A stretch of 64,000 nt of DNA from a virus. Its lineage: Duplodnaviria; Heunggongvirae; Uroviricota; Caudoviricetes. Position numbers and translations under genes: made by a program. The stretch lies in IMG/VR virus record IMGVR_UViG_3300013383_000018; one strand, given 5' to 3'. Shown piece by piece: positions 1-8,233 of the stretch (position 1 is its first letter; each line of letters opens with the position of its first letter). The notes below the pieces were generated by a model that made no database searches, was not told the origin of the DNA, and saw nothing but the letters and a program-made list of their open reading frames with translations.

Positions 1-219
1 GCGCCGGGTGTTCCGGCGGCGTCGCCCCGGCTTTCAGCTTCTAATCTGTGTATCAAAAGCATCAGCACCACGGAAGTGGTGCAAGATAAAACAACAACCA
101 CTGAGGCAATCGCTTCAGTGGTTTTTATGTCCACAACGGCTCCAACCTCCTCGTGGTGTGGGCGGATAGTCGCAAGACGAACTAATAGGGGTACATTTGA
201 AATCAAGGAGTACATACAC

Positions 220-618
220 ATGGCAAAAGTAACTATTACGGGTCGCGCGGTTGTTATCACTTCCGCAATGAAGCTTGAGGACATCAAGACCATCGAGAAG
301 TATCGTCCCAAGGAGCTTGTCCTGAAGGGCGGCGAGGATGGTAAGGAGCCCATCTTCGGCATTGGCACCACTAACGGCGCGGGCAACATCAACACTGTGG
401 GCGCATCTTTTGATGCTGAGACCCATAACGACGACAAGCTGGCGTGCATCACCCTGTTCCTCGACGGTGTTACCGGCGATGTGAAGGAGTGGGTCGCTGA
501 CCGCCTCGGCGCTGCCATCATCAACCTCAACAAGCTCGAAGAGAAGCTCCCCGCTGTCCTCGAAGAGATTGCGGCTGAGAAGGCAACCGTGATGAGCAAC
601 ATCACCGTCGCTCAGTAA
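220..618 (+). CDS. hypothetical protein (130 aa), first gene of a well-expressed operon
   Basis: ATG at 220 is 8 nt downstream of AAGGAG. The longer ORF from 76 has no RBS. A strong intrinsic terminator follows. Confidence 0.6.
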   Translation: MAKVTITGRAVVITSAMKLEDIKTIEKYRPKELVLKGGEDGKEPIFGIGTTNGAGNINTVGASFDAETHNDDKLACITLFLDGVTGDVKEWVADRLGAAIINLNKLEEKLPAVLEEIAAEKATVMSNITVAQ

Positions 619-631
619 GAGACACCGCAAC

Positions 632-660
632 GGGGCGGCATAGCCGCCCCACCATTTTTC
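632..660 (+). terminator. rho-independent terminator
   Basis: Hairpin GGGGCGGC-ATA-GCCGCCCC followed by a T run. Confidence 0.7.
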
Positions 661-693
661 AAGAATTAAAAACGAATAAAAGGAGAATACATA

Positions 694-921
694 ATGATTA
701 AGGTTACTGTCGGCAACAATGTCAAGCGTGAGGCTGTCATCATCGACGAGAACACCACCCTGCGTTCCTGCCTTGAGGCGAACGGTGTTGACTACACCCG
801 TGGTGTCATGCACCTCGACGGTTCTTCCCTGAACCCCGGCGACCTCGATAAGACCTTCCAGCAGTTCGGTATCACCGAGAAGTGCTTCCTGCTGAATGTC
901 GTCAAGGCGGATAACGCCTAA
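694..921 (+). CDS. small beta-grasp / ubiquitin-like (ThiS/MoaD-like) protein, 75 aa, no C-terminal GG
   Basis: RBS AAAAGGAG. Begins MIKVTV and has an LDGSSLNPGDLDKTFQQFGI segment that resembles the ubiquitin/MoaD fold pattern. C-terminus is KADNA. Confidence 0.45.
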   Translation: MIKVTVGNNVKREAVIIDENTTLRSCLEANGVDYTRGVMHLDGSSLNPGDLDKTFQQFGITEKCFLLNVVKADNA

Positions 922-932
922 GTTCCAACTTC

Positions 933-961
933 AGAGCCGCCCTTTATGGGCGGCTCTTTTC
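933..961 (+). terminator. rho-independent terminator
   Basis: Hairpin AGAGCCGCCC-TTTAT-GGGCGGCTCT followed by TTTT. Confidence 0.7.
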
Positions 962-978
962 ATGGGGAATTGGTGGAA

Positions 979-2568
979 ATGGAAGACACAACAGATTTAA
1001 GTCCTGTTGGCGGATGCCGTATCGGTTCAAGTCCGATATTCCCCACCAAGATAAAAATGAATAGAGGTGTTTCTGTGTTCAAGACAAGTATTGCATCGAC
1101 ACCGTTTACGTCGGAAGCAGCCAATAGTTATTTCCAGAACATTACCGGAGATTACTACGGTGGTGATTGTTCATTCCTTTCAACGCTTCGTGCACTGGTC
1201 GCACCTCGAATCAAAGAGGGCGAAAGTGTTTATCTGACTTTCGGTTCGTCAAATTACAATAGTAACGCTATCAATAGCGTTTCGGCGGAACGTGCGGTTG
1301 GTGCTATTTGTAGCAGATATCGAATGGATGACAGCGGCGTTCTTATGGTTCACAGCTTTAATGCTGACCAGAGCAGTAATCTGACCTGTATGCAGATTAT
1401 TGAGAAGAACTTCACGTCAGTGTACCCTGAATATCATCGGCTTGATAAAGTCAAAGCATTTTACCGTAAGTCATTCAACGTTGACTGTTACATCAACCCA
1501 GACAAGAAATCGGTAATCGTCTTCGTTGATAACCTCGATATCAAGAAGATGCATTACCTGCAGGTGTCTATCCTTGCATTTATGCCGTGGTATCTGAATC
1601 AGGATGACGGTTTGACAGAGGACGAACTTGCACTGATGCAATCTCTGCGTGAGACGAATTCTGCAAACTATGAGAAGTATATCTCAAAACTCGGCGAAGG
1701 ATACGATTTCAGAACAGCACGGATTCGTCAGTTGCTGGGTGATTTTGAAACCAGATACGAACGCATGGAATGCGATTCCGTCCGCAATGAAATTGTGTCG
1801 ATTGATGATGAAATCCAGCGGCTCAATGATGCCATCGGCGCGTATCTATCACGGCGCAATGACAAGTGCATCAAGCTGATGGGGCTTGAGCAGAGAATTG
1901 CCGAAGGCGGCGGAGACTCCGAAATCATGGAGTATTTCCTTTGTAACAACCGCCTTGTCCTTTCTCGGGTGAGCAATACAGATATGTATTTCTCGGTCAA
2001 AGATTATCTCGAATACTTTGATAGAGAGATGGCTGAACGGTCAATCAACAACAGGAATAGCTACATTTATCGACCGGACGGTGGTGCTGGTCACAATGCA
2101 GCAGCGTCAGAGAAGATGCAGAAGCTGATGCGAGAGATTTTTGTGAGCGAAAATCCGCGCCTGAGAATCCGTTTCTGCGCAGCGTATAGATTCGACCTGA
2201 ATGGTAGCGTTTCCCCGCAGACCGGCGACTTTTCTGATTACACATTCGACGGTTATATGCCCAATACACACATCGACCGGTTCCATTGTATGGGCAATTA
2301 CCTCAGAACTATCAATGAGCTGTTGAGACAGAGAAATTATATTGGAGCCCTTGAGCAGTGTATTGCATCCTGTAAGAGTCTGAACTTCGGTGACAGTGCA
2401 GTTATGGGCGAGTTTATGAAAACGATGTGGTCGAACGGTTCGGTCAGTCGTTGTATCGAATTGCCAGATGGTCGTGTTGTAAAGCCGAATGAGGCAATCA
2501 GATGGCTTGAAGAACAGGAGGCACAGAATGGGCAGGCGGAGGAGGCGCAAAATGAGCAGACCAATTAA
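979..2568 (+). CDS. large hypothetical protein (about 530 aa) with a coiled-coil segment; start uncertain (979 or 1057)
   Basis: Long ORF. ATG 946 lies inside the terminator hairpin. ATG 979 is preceded by GGTGG. No recognised motif. Confidence 0.5.
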   Translation: MEDTTDLSPVGGCRIGSSPIFPTKIKMNRGVSVFKTSIASTPFTSEAANSYFQNITGDYYGGDCSFLSTLRALVAPRIKEGESVYLTFGSSNYNSNAINSVSAERAVGAICSRYRMDDSGVLMVHSFNADQSSNLTCMQIIEKNFTSVYPEYHRLDKVKAFYRKSFNVDCYINPDKKSVIVFVDNLDIKKMHYLQVSILAFMPWYLNQDDGLTEDELALMQSLRETNSANYEKYISKLGEGYDFRTARIRQLLGDFETRYERMECDSVRNEIVSIDDEIQRLNDAIGAYLSRRNDKCIKLMGLEQRIAEGGGDSEIMEYFLCNNRLVLSRVSNTDMYFSVKDYLEYFDREMAERSINNRNSYIYRPDGGAGHNAAASEKMQKLMREIFVSENPRLRIRFCAAYRFDLNGSVSPQTGDFSDYTFDGYMPNTHIDRFHCMGNYLRTINELLRQRNYIGALEQCIASCKSLNFGDSAVMGEFMKTMWSNGSVSRCIELPDGRVVKPNEAIRWLEEQEAQNGQAEEAQNEQTN

Positions 2569-3484
2569 GTTAACGCAGGAACTCATTGACGAGTGTCGTC
2601 AGGATTTTGAGAAGGCTTTGTCTCTCACAAAGCTTTCGGACGGTAAGCTTTCTTTTACCAAAGCGTTTTCGTGCGGTGACAAAAAAGCGGTGGTCTACTT
2701 CAGCACAGAAGCATGGGCAAAGATGGTTATGCTCATCAAGGAGTTCGATAAAGAGGTGGCGTGGCATGGCGTTGCACGCCGAGTCGAAGACGAATCGCTC
2801 GACGAATATGTCATCGACGATATCGTTGTCTACCCGCAGGAAGTAACCGGTTCGACAGTCGAGATGGATACAGAGAAGTACGCTCTGTGGATTCAGGAAA
2901 ACATTGAAGATGAACGCTTCAATCACATCTATATGCAGGGGCACTCCCATGTAAATATGGGTACGTCGCCATCATCCGTTGACCTCAACCATCAGGAGGA
3001 AATTCTTGGGATGCTTGGTGATGACGACTTCTACATCTTTATGATTTGGAACAAGTCGCTTGCAAGTACAAACAAAATCTATGACCTCAAGAAGAATGTG
3101 ATGTTCGAAGATAAAGACATCACCGTCAAGATTGTCGGTCAGAACGAAGGTCTTGATGAGTTCATCAAGAACGCGAAGGATATGGTAAAGTCCAAGCCTT
3201 ATGTGTATGGCGGTCAGAACGGATACGGCGGTTACTACAATCAGGGGTACAGAGGCGCTCCGGCTGGCGCTCCGTACAATCCGCTTGCAGGCAAGACTGA
3301 CGATAAGAAGGACGAGAAAAAGGACGATAAAAAAGACAATTCATCTGGGAAGAAGAACAATGACGAGAAACCCAGAACCAGAATCGGTGCCGGTTGGCAT
3401 GGGCGAAATGCCTGCCAAGAAACGATGCAGGGCTGGGAGGATGAAGAGGACTACGACCCTTATACATACTTAGGAGGTAAGTAA
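2552..3484 (+). CDS. JAB/MPN (JAMM) metalloprotease, deubiquitinase-like, with disordered KD-rich C-terminal tail
   Basis: Exact JAMM motif HSHVNMGTSPSSVD (HxHx7Sx2D) with an upstream Glu. GGAGG RBS before ATG 2552. The long upstream extension is unlikely. Confidence 0.8.
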   Translation: MSRPIKLTQELIDECRQDFEKALSLTKLSDGKLSFTKAFSCGDKKAVVYFSTEAWAKMVMLIKEFDKEVAWHGVARRVEDESLDEYVIDDIVVYPQEVTGSTVEMDTEKYALWIQENIEDERFNHIYMQGHSHVNMGTSPSSVDLNHQEEILGMLGDDDFYIFMIWNKSLASTNKIYDLKKNVMFEDKDITVKIVGQNEGLDEFIKNAKDMVKSKPYVYGGQNGYGGYYNQGYRGAPAGAPYNPLAGKTDDKKDEKKDDKKDNSSGKKNNDEKPRTRIGAGWHGRNACQETMQGWEDEEDYDPYTYLGGK

Positions 3485-3485
3485 T

Positions 3486-4163
3486 ATGGCGATTGACCTG
3501 TCAAAGAGCTATGAATATTTTCAGCCTGAGAAGGTTGATTGCAGAATCCATATCGTCGGGTGTGGGTCTGTCGGTGCGACGATTGCGGAACTGTTGGTTC
3601 GCTTGGGTCTCACGAACATCGCACTGTGGGACATGGATACGGTAAGCCCGCACAATCTGGCAAATCAGATTTTCCGACAGCAGGACATCGGGCGCTCTAA
3701 GGTCGAGGCGCTGGCAGATATCCTTTTCGATATCAATCCTGATGTCAAGGGCAGTCTGAAACTGTACAAGGATGGGTGGAACGGGCAGCAGATGTCTGGC
3801 TATGTGTTCTTGTGCGTTGACAACATCGAGCTGAGAAAACAGATTGTCGAAAAACACTTCGACAATCCGTATGTAAAGGCGATGTTTGACTTCAGAACCT
3901 TGCTGGAGGCAGGTCAGCACTATGCTGCTGATTGGTCTGACTACAAGATGAAGAAAGACTTCCTCAATTCCATGAACTTTACGCACGATGAAGCGGCGGA
4001 AGAAACTCCCGTTTCAGCCTGCGGCATTACGCTTGGCGTTGTAACCACGGTCAGAGCGATTTGTGCTTTGGGAGTGAGTAACTTCGTCAAGTACATCAGG
4101 GGCAAGGGCTTAAACAAGCTGATTATCTGCGACGCATTCCAGCCGCTGCTGGATGCGTTTTAA
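3486..4163 (+). CDS. E1-like ubiquitin-activating enzyme (ThiF/MoeB family)
   Basis: Rossmann GxGxxG loop IVGCGSVGA. ATP-binding Asp (WDMDTVSPHNLANQ). LCVDNIELRKQIV matches the ThiF DCTDN motif. ACGITLGVVTT active-site region. Confidence 0.8.
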   Translation: MAIDLSKSYEYFQPEKVDCRIHIVGCGSVGATIAELLVRLGLTNIALWDMDTVSPHNLANQIFRQQDIGRSKVEALADILFDINPDVKGSLKLYKDGWNGQQMSGYVFLCVDNIELRKQIVEKHFDNPYVKAMFDFRTLLEAGQHYAADWSDYKMKKDFLNSMNFTHDEAAEETPVSACGITLGVVTTVRAICALGVSNFVKYIRGKGLNKLIICDAFQPLLDAF

Positions 4164-4193
4164 TTTTCAAAAAGAACGAAGGGAGGGTAAGGT

Positions 4194-5000
4194 ATGGACA
4201 CGACCGTTGGTGCCCTCAAAGTTGGTACACAACTTGTGATGGGCAAGTACGGTGTGGACAAAGACAGCCCGCACCCGATTGTTTGGTTGAAAGGTAATCC
4301 AAACTGTGATTTTATCACAGAAAAAGCTATCGACTACTTGTGCTTCGATGCGGCGGAAGAGGCTGGACATTATAGGTACGTTAATAATGCGAAATATCCA
4401 GTGTCCAATCTGTTTTCGTTCTTAAACAGTGACCAGATGATGTGGTATCACGCAATGCACGACAACGATGCTTCACCCGGTGCTTTTGCAAGACATAGCT
4501 ATGCTCGCTATGAAGACCACTATGGGTTCTTGTATTTCTTTGAAGACTATGAGGTTGCTTCTTTGGTCAGAAAAGAATATGCAGTCGGAGAAAGTCAAGT
4601 GTCATCGTTGATTCGCCTGCCATCAGTCGCAGACATTTTTAGTCTCCAAGATGGACGACGCTTTGACTTGTTCAAAAGGAAAGGCATCCGTCCGAATCCG
4701 ACAGCCGACTTGTTTGACCTAAAAGCTCGTTATGCAGGGCTCGATTCAGAACGTGGATTTGTGAGTTTCTGGCTGTTGGACGACGTTGAGACCGAAAGAG
4801 CAGCGATTGCCAACCGTTCCGGTATGTTAGACAGGCTGACAGCATCAAGCTGCGCTGGGGTAAGACCAGTGTGTACTTTGAGCTCTGACACAATTGTCGA
4901 ACAGCGAGGTGATGGCGCGTTTTCTATTAAACCCTTCGCATCTCAGAATGTCTTTACGGATGAAGAGCTATTTGAATTATTAGGCATGGCGCAGCCTTAA
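4194..5000 (+). CDS. hypothetical protein (268 aa), last gene of the Ubl/JAB/E1 operon
   Basis: RBS GGGAGGG. No recognised motif. Confidence 0.6.
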   Translation: MDTTVGALKVGTQLVMGKYGVDKDSPHPIVWLKGNPNCDFITEKAIDYLCFDAAEEAGHYRYVNNAKYPVSNLFSFLNSDQMMWYHAMHDNDASPGAFARHSYARYEDHYGFLYFFEDYEVASLVRKEYAVGESQVSSLIRLPSVADIFSLQDGRRFDLFKRKGIRPNPTADLFDLKARYAGLDSERGFVSFWLLDDVETERAAIANRSGMLDRLTASSCAGVRPVCTLSSDTIVEQRGDGAFSIKPFASQNVFTDEELFELLGMAQP

Positions 5001-5036
5001 TGCGCCACAGACTGTAACGGATTTTCTCGTAAGAGA

Positions 5037-5090
5037 GCTTTACGCCAAAGGCTAAAGTAACAAATTGTCGGAGAGGAAAACCCTCCGGGA
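5037..5090 (+). repeat. structured hairpin element copy 1 (GCTTTAcGCC-AAA-GGCTAAAGT plus GAAAAC hairpin)
   Basis: Member of a 4-copy family with compensatory stem changes. Lies 37 nt after the stop of the 268-aa gene. Confidence 0.55.
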
Positions 5091-5377
5091 GATGACGCGG
5101 CATCAGTGCGAGCAGCTCGGTAGCCCAGAAGCGACGGCAGCATGACACGGAACCAACCGAATGTCAAGCCCCCCTCGCCAAGACCCAATACAAGAACTGT
5201 ATGTACTAACACCAACCCATGTATTTTCAGGCGAAACGACTACTGAACAATAATTTCGCATCTCACATCCCGCAAGCATCATCTCTCACACTGACGACTC
5301 AGTCTTCAGACTCAAGGAATTCTGGAAGCAGCAGACATATGTAGGTTACAGTTAGTTATTGGACAAGGAGGTAAGAA

Positions 5378-6514
5378 ATGGTCTATATCACTGTTAGGCA
5401 GTCACCGATTTATCACCAGATGACACTGGAAGAGTACCTGTTTCAAAACTATCAGACGCCTCCAGTTGTCAATGCCAATATTGCAAACACAAGAACATAT
5501 GAGGTTGAAAGTGTTAGTGAACATTTTTCCAGCAAGATTGGTGTAGAAACCTTAATCGGAAAACTCGTTCGATTTAATAATGATACGGCAGAGCTTCGTG
5601 CAAAGGAACGGAGCGAGTTGTATGAGACTTTTTATATCCCCAAAAAATCTGGCGGTCTTCGCAGAATTGATGCGCCAAAGGCAGAACTGATGGATGCGCT
5701 GAGAAGACTCAAAACGATTTTCGAGGATGATTTCCATGCACTCTATCATACTGCTGCGTTTGCTTATGTAAAGAAGCGGAGTACAGTCGATGCGGTTAAG
5801 CGCCACCAAAAGAACAGCAGCAAATGGTTCGCAAAGCTTGACCTGCACGATTTCTTTGGCAGCACAACGCTGGACTATGCCATCTCAATGTTCTCGATGG
5901 TCTTTCCTTTTAGCGAGATTGTAAAAGAGCCGCAGGGTGAAGAAGCATTGCGGACGGCTATGTCATTAGCGTTCTTAAACGGTGGACTACCGCAGGGCAC
6001 TCCAATTTCACCGCTTATCACGAATGTGATGATGATTCCGGTTGATTTCAAGCTGTCGAATACGCTCCGCAACTTTGAAAAACAGAGCTTCATTTATACC
6101 AGATATGCAGATGATTTCATCATTTCATCCAAGTATGATTTTGATGTTCGTTCTGTTGAAGAGCTGGTAGTAAGTACATTGAGCAGCTTTGGTGCTCCGT
6201 TTACAATCAATGCAAGCAAGACTCGGTATGGTTCATCAGCGGGGCGCAACTGGAATCTTGGCGTTATGCTGAATAAGGACAACGAGATTACGGTCGGTCA
6301 TAAAAAGAAAAAGCAGTTCCAGTCGATGCTGTACAACTACATCACAGATAAGAACAATGGTGTTGCTTGGGAACGGAATGATGTACAGGTAATGTATGGT
6401 CTGCATAGCTATTATCGCATGGTCGAAAAGGAAACCATTGACGCAATTGTAGCTTACATTAACAAGAAAATGAATGTGGATGTAATCCGCATGATGAAGG
6501 ACGACTTGCGGTAA
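5378..6514 (+). CDS. reverse transcriptase (compact, retron/DRT/DGR-type; no endonuclease domain)
   Basis: RT motifs FYIPKKSGGLRRI (motifs 1-2), KLDLHDFFGS (A), GLPQGTPISPLITNV (B'), YTRYADDFIISS (YADD, C). RBS AAGGAGG. Confidence 0.9.
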   Translation: MVYITVRQSPIYHQMTLEEYLFQNYQTPPVVNANIANTRTYEVESVSEHFSSKIGVETLIGKLVRFNNDTAELRAKERSELYETFYIPKKSGGLRRIDAPKAELMDALRRLKTIFEDDFHALYHTAAFAYVKKRSTVDAVKRHQKNSSKWFAKLDLHDFFGSTTLDYAISMFSMVFPFSEIVKEPQGEEALRTAMSLAFLNGGLPQGTPISPLITNVMMIPVDFKLSNTLRNFEKQSFIYTRYADDFIISSKYDFDVRSVEELVVSTLSSFGAPFTINASKTRYGSSAGRNWNLGVMLNKDNEITVGHKKKKQFQSMLYNYITDKNNGVAWERNDVQVMYGLHSYYRMVEKETIDAIVAYINKKMNVDVIRMMKDDLR

Positions 6515-6562
6515 CGTCTATAAATAACCCGCAATCCTGTAATGCATAATTGCGAAAGCAAT

Positions 6563-6618
6563 GCTTATCGCCAAAGGCATAAGTAACAACTTGATGGGAG
6601 GGAAAACCTCCCCGGAGG
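6563..6618 (+). repeat. structured hairpin element copy 2 (GCTTATcGCC-AAA-GGCATAAGT plus GGGAGG-GAAAA-CCTCCC)
   Basis: About 55-nt paralogue of copy 1, including the second GAAAA-loop hairpin. Lies 48 nt after the RT stop. Confidence 0.55.
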
Positions 6619-6687
6619 CGCATTCACCTGCAGCCTCCAGACATCCCTCATCGCCGGAAGCCGTACAGCAACAGCCCGAAGCTGCCT

Positions 6688-6712
6688 GAATCCATTGTGG
6701 CACAATGGATTC
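6688..6712. promoter_or_regulatory. 25-bp perfect palindrome GAATCCATTGTG-g-CACAATGGATTC
   Basis: 12-bp perfect inverted repeat with a 1-nt spacer. A third half-site GAATCCATTGT lies at 6988-6998. Confidence 0.5.
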
Positions 6713-6843
6713 AAAGCGCCGGAGCAGGATACTGCACGCCAGCCACTGGGCACCGGAGCTCCTCCTCGTGAGGTGTTACCTCCATGTAGATTACAGGATA
6801 ATCAAATTATCATTTGCAGTGAATAACATTTCGTAAGGAATGT

Positions 6844-6865
6844 GCTTCACGCCAAAGGCTGAAGT
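6844..6865 (+). repeat. structured hairpin element copy 3 (GCTTCAcGCC-AAA-GGCTGAAGT)
   Basis: Same conserved loop and flank, compensatory stem pair. Confidence 0.5.
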
Positions 6866-7115
6866 ATCACTTTGCTGGACAGCACGATTCCCCGCCCGCA
6901 GCCTGCTGCGAAGGCGCCTAAGCTTGTTGTACAGCGCATTAAAACTATTCTGGATATCTCACCACCTTTATCTGATGAGCAACAGTTGAATCCATTGTCT
7001 CCCAATGATGCCATCATCGCCACTTGAGATTTGAACTCGCTTTCAGCTCATCCAAATCTCTTGGATACAGGAGATAAAAGAAGAGACCAGAACAGAATAT
7101 ACATATGGACTGCAG

Positions 7116-7814
7116 ATGAGAAAGGAACTAAGCATGATTTACGTCACAGGAGACACACACGCGAACATTGATATAGCCAAGCTTAATACAACAAGGTTCC
7201 CACAGCAAAAGGAATTGACGAAGAATGATTTCGTAATCATCTGCGGAGATTTTGGACTCTGCTGGGACGGTTCGCATCGAGAGATGTGGTGGCAAGACTG
7301 GCTGACGGCGAAAAACTTCACGACACTTTGGATTGATGGCAACCACGAGAACTTTGATATGCTCTACCAGTTCCCGTTAATTGACAAATTCGGCGGGAAG
7401 GTGCGCGAAATCGCTCCTGACATCTATCATCTGGACAGAGGGCAAGTGCTCACGATTGATGGAAAGAAAATCTTCTGCATGGGCGGTGCTCGTTCGGTTG
7501 ATAAAGAGTATCGTGTGGAACACATCTCATGGTGGAAAGAGGAAATGCCGTCCAGAGAAGAAATGGAACGCGCGATTGCAACGCTCGAACAAAATAATTG
7601 GTGCGTTGACTATGTGATTACACATTGTGCACCAAGGAGAATTCAGACTCTGCTCGCAAGCTGGTACGAGAATGACCCGATGGTCAGCTTTTTGGATAGG
7701 GTTTGCTCTGACCTCACATTCAAGCGATGGTTCTTCGGACATTATCATGTGGACAAGCAGGTCAATGAGCAATTTATTGCTCTGTATAATAAAGTAATCC
7801 CGATGGAGTGGTAA
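7116..7814 (+). CDS. calcineurin-like metallophosphoesterase
   Basis: Motifs VTGDTHA, ICGDFG, IDGNHE, GHYH. Start may be 7134 (MIYVTGD). Confidence 0.8.
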   Translation: MRKELSMIYVTGDTHANIDIAKLNTTRFPQQKELTKNDFVIICGDFGLCWDGSHREMWWQDWLTAKNFTTLWIDGNHENFDMLYQFPLIDKFGGKVREIAPDIYHLDRGQVLTIDGKKIFCMGGARSVDKEYRVEHISWWKEEMPSREEMERAIATLEQNNWCVDYVITHCAPRRIQTLLASWYENDPMVSFLDRVCSDLTFKRWFFGHYHVDKQVNEQFIALYNKVIPMEW

Positions 7815-7894
7815 GCCTAACGGTAAGGCAGCGGTTTGCTAAACCGTGAGTAATCCGAAAGGATGTGCAGGTTCAAGTCCTGTCCACTCCGCCA
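7805..7894 (+). tRNA. tRNA-Ser (anticodon GCU), type II with long variable arm, encoded CCA
   Basis: Acceptor GGAGTGG/CCACTCC, anticodon loop TTGCTAA, long variable arm, T-loop TTCAAGT. The 5' end overlaps the stop codon of the preceding CDS. Confidence 0.8.
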
Positions 7895-7970
7895 AGGGGT
7901 GTGGTGTAACGGCTAACACAGCGGTCTCCAAAACCGTCAGATGGTGGTTCGAATCCATTCACCCCTGCCA
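7895..7970 (+). tRNA. tRNA-Trp (anticodon CCA), encoded CCA
   Basis: Acceptor AGGGGTG/CACCCCT, anticodon loop CTCCAAA, T-loop TTCGAAT. Confidence 0.8.
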
Positions 7971-8156
7971 GTTGTTGGGTAGCTCCCAACTGATGTGAGC
8001 GATTATCGGCTTACCTCACAAAGAATGAAAATGCTCGCTGAAAACTGCGCTTGTCTTGATGCGTCAAGACCGGTTTGACCTGACGGAATAGGGGCTACGA
8101 CTTTTCGGAGCGTAGTTGCCGGTAGCGTGTGACAATCTAAGCGAGAAGCCGACCAT

Positions 8157-8233
8157 GCGGCGTTGGTGTTCAACGGTTAGCACTCCGGTCTTCCAAACCG
8201 GTGGTGCCAGTTCGAGTCTGGTACGCCGCTCCA
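8157..8233 (+). tRNA. tRNA-Gly (anticodon UCC), encoded CCA
   Basis: Acceptor GCGGCGT/ACGCCGC, anticodon loop CTTCCAA, T-loop TTCGAGT. Confidence 0.8.

Noticed and set aside
115-813. 232-aa ORF on the - strand overlapping two + strand genes and both terminators
   Set aside because: It is antisense to RBS-supported genes and spans two intrinsic terminators. It has no RBS and is composition-driven. The same reasoning applies to other long antisense ORFs (12590-13081, 15879-16646, 42830-43633, 47968-48684, 54882-55577, 58048-58656).
946-978. ATG at 946 as start of the large ORF
   Set aside because: The codon sits inside the terminator hairpin of the upstream gene and has no RBS. The downstream in-frame ATG 979 is a better start.
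4780-5000. Possible DGR variable region at the 3' end of the 268-aa gene (C-terminal ...ANRSGMLDRLTASSCAGVRPV resembles CLec-fold DGR targets ending GFRxV)
   Set aside because: The codons in this stretch are not NNC/AAY-biased as adenine-mutagenised VRs are. No template-repeat-like copy of this sequence exists in the RT arms or elsewhere in the window. RT motif 4 is of the generic QGxPxSP type.
4194-5000. E2-like HPx...C motif (SPHPIVWLKGNPNC) in the 268-aa protein
   Set aside because: The motif lies at residues 25-38. That leaves no room for the N-terminal helix and four strands of a UBC fold. It is probably coincidental.
6971-6990. CTGATGAG hammerhead-ribozyme-like core
   Set aside because: The adjacent sequence cannot form stem II closed by a G-C pair followed by GAAA. 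An isolated heptamer match is expected by chance.
5001-7115. Group II intron interpretation of RT plus flanking RNA
   Set aside because: No GUGYG 5' end. No recognisable domain V (the AGC-triad hairpin with GNRA loop). The upstream arm (377 nt) is too short for domains I-III. The RT lacks the maturase/X domain size.
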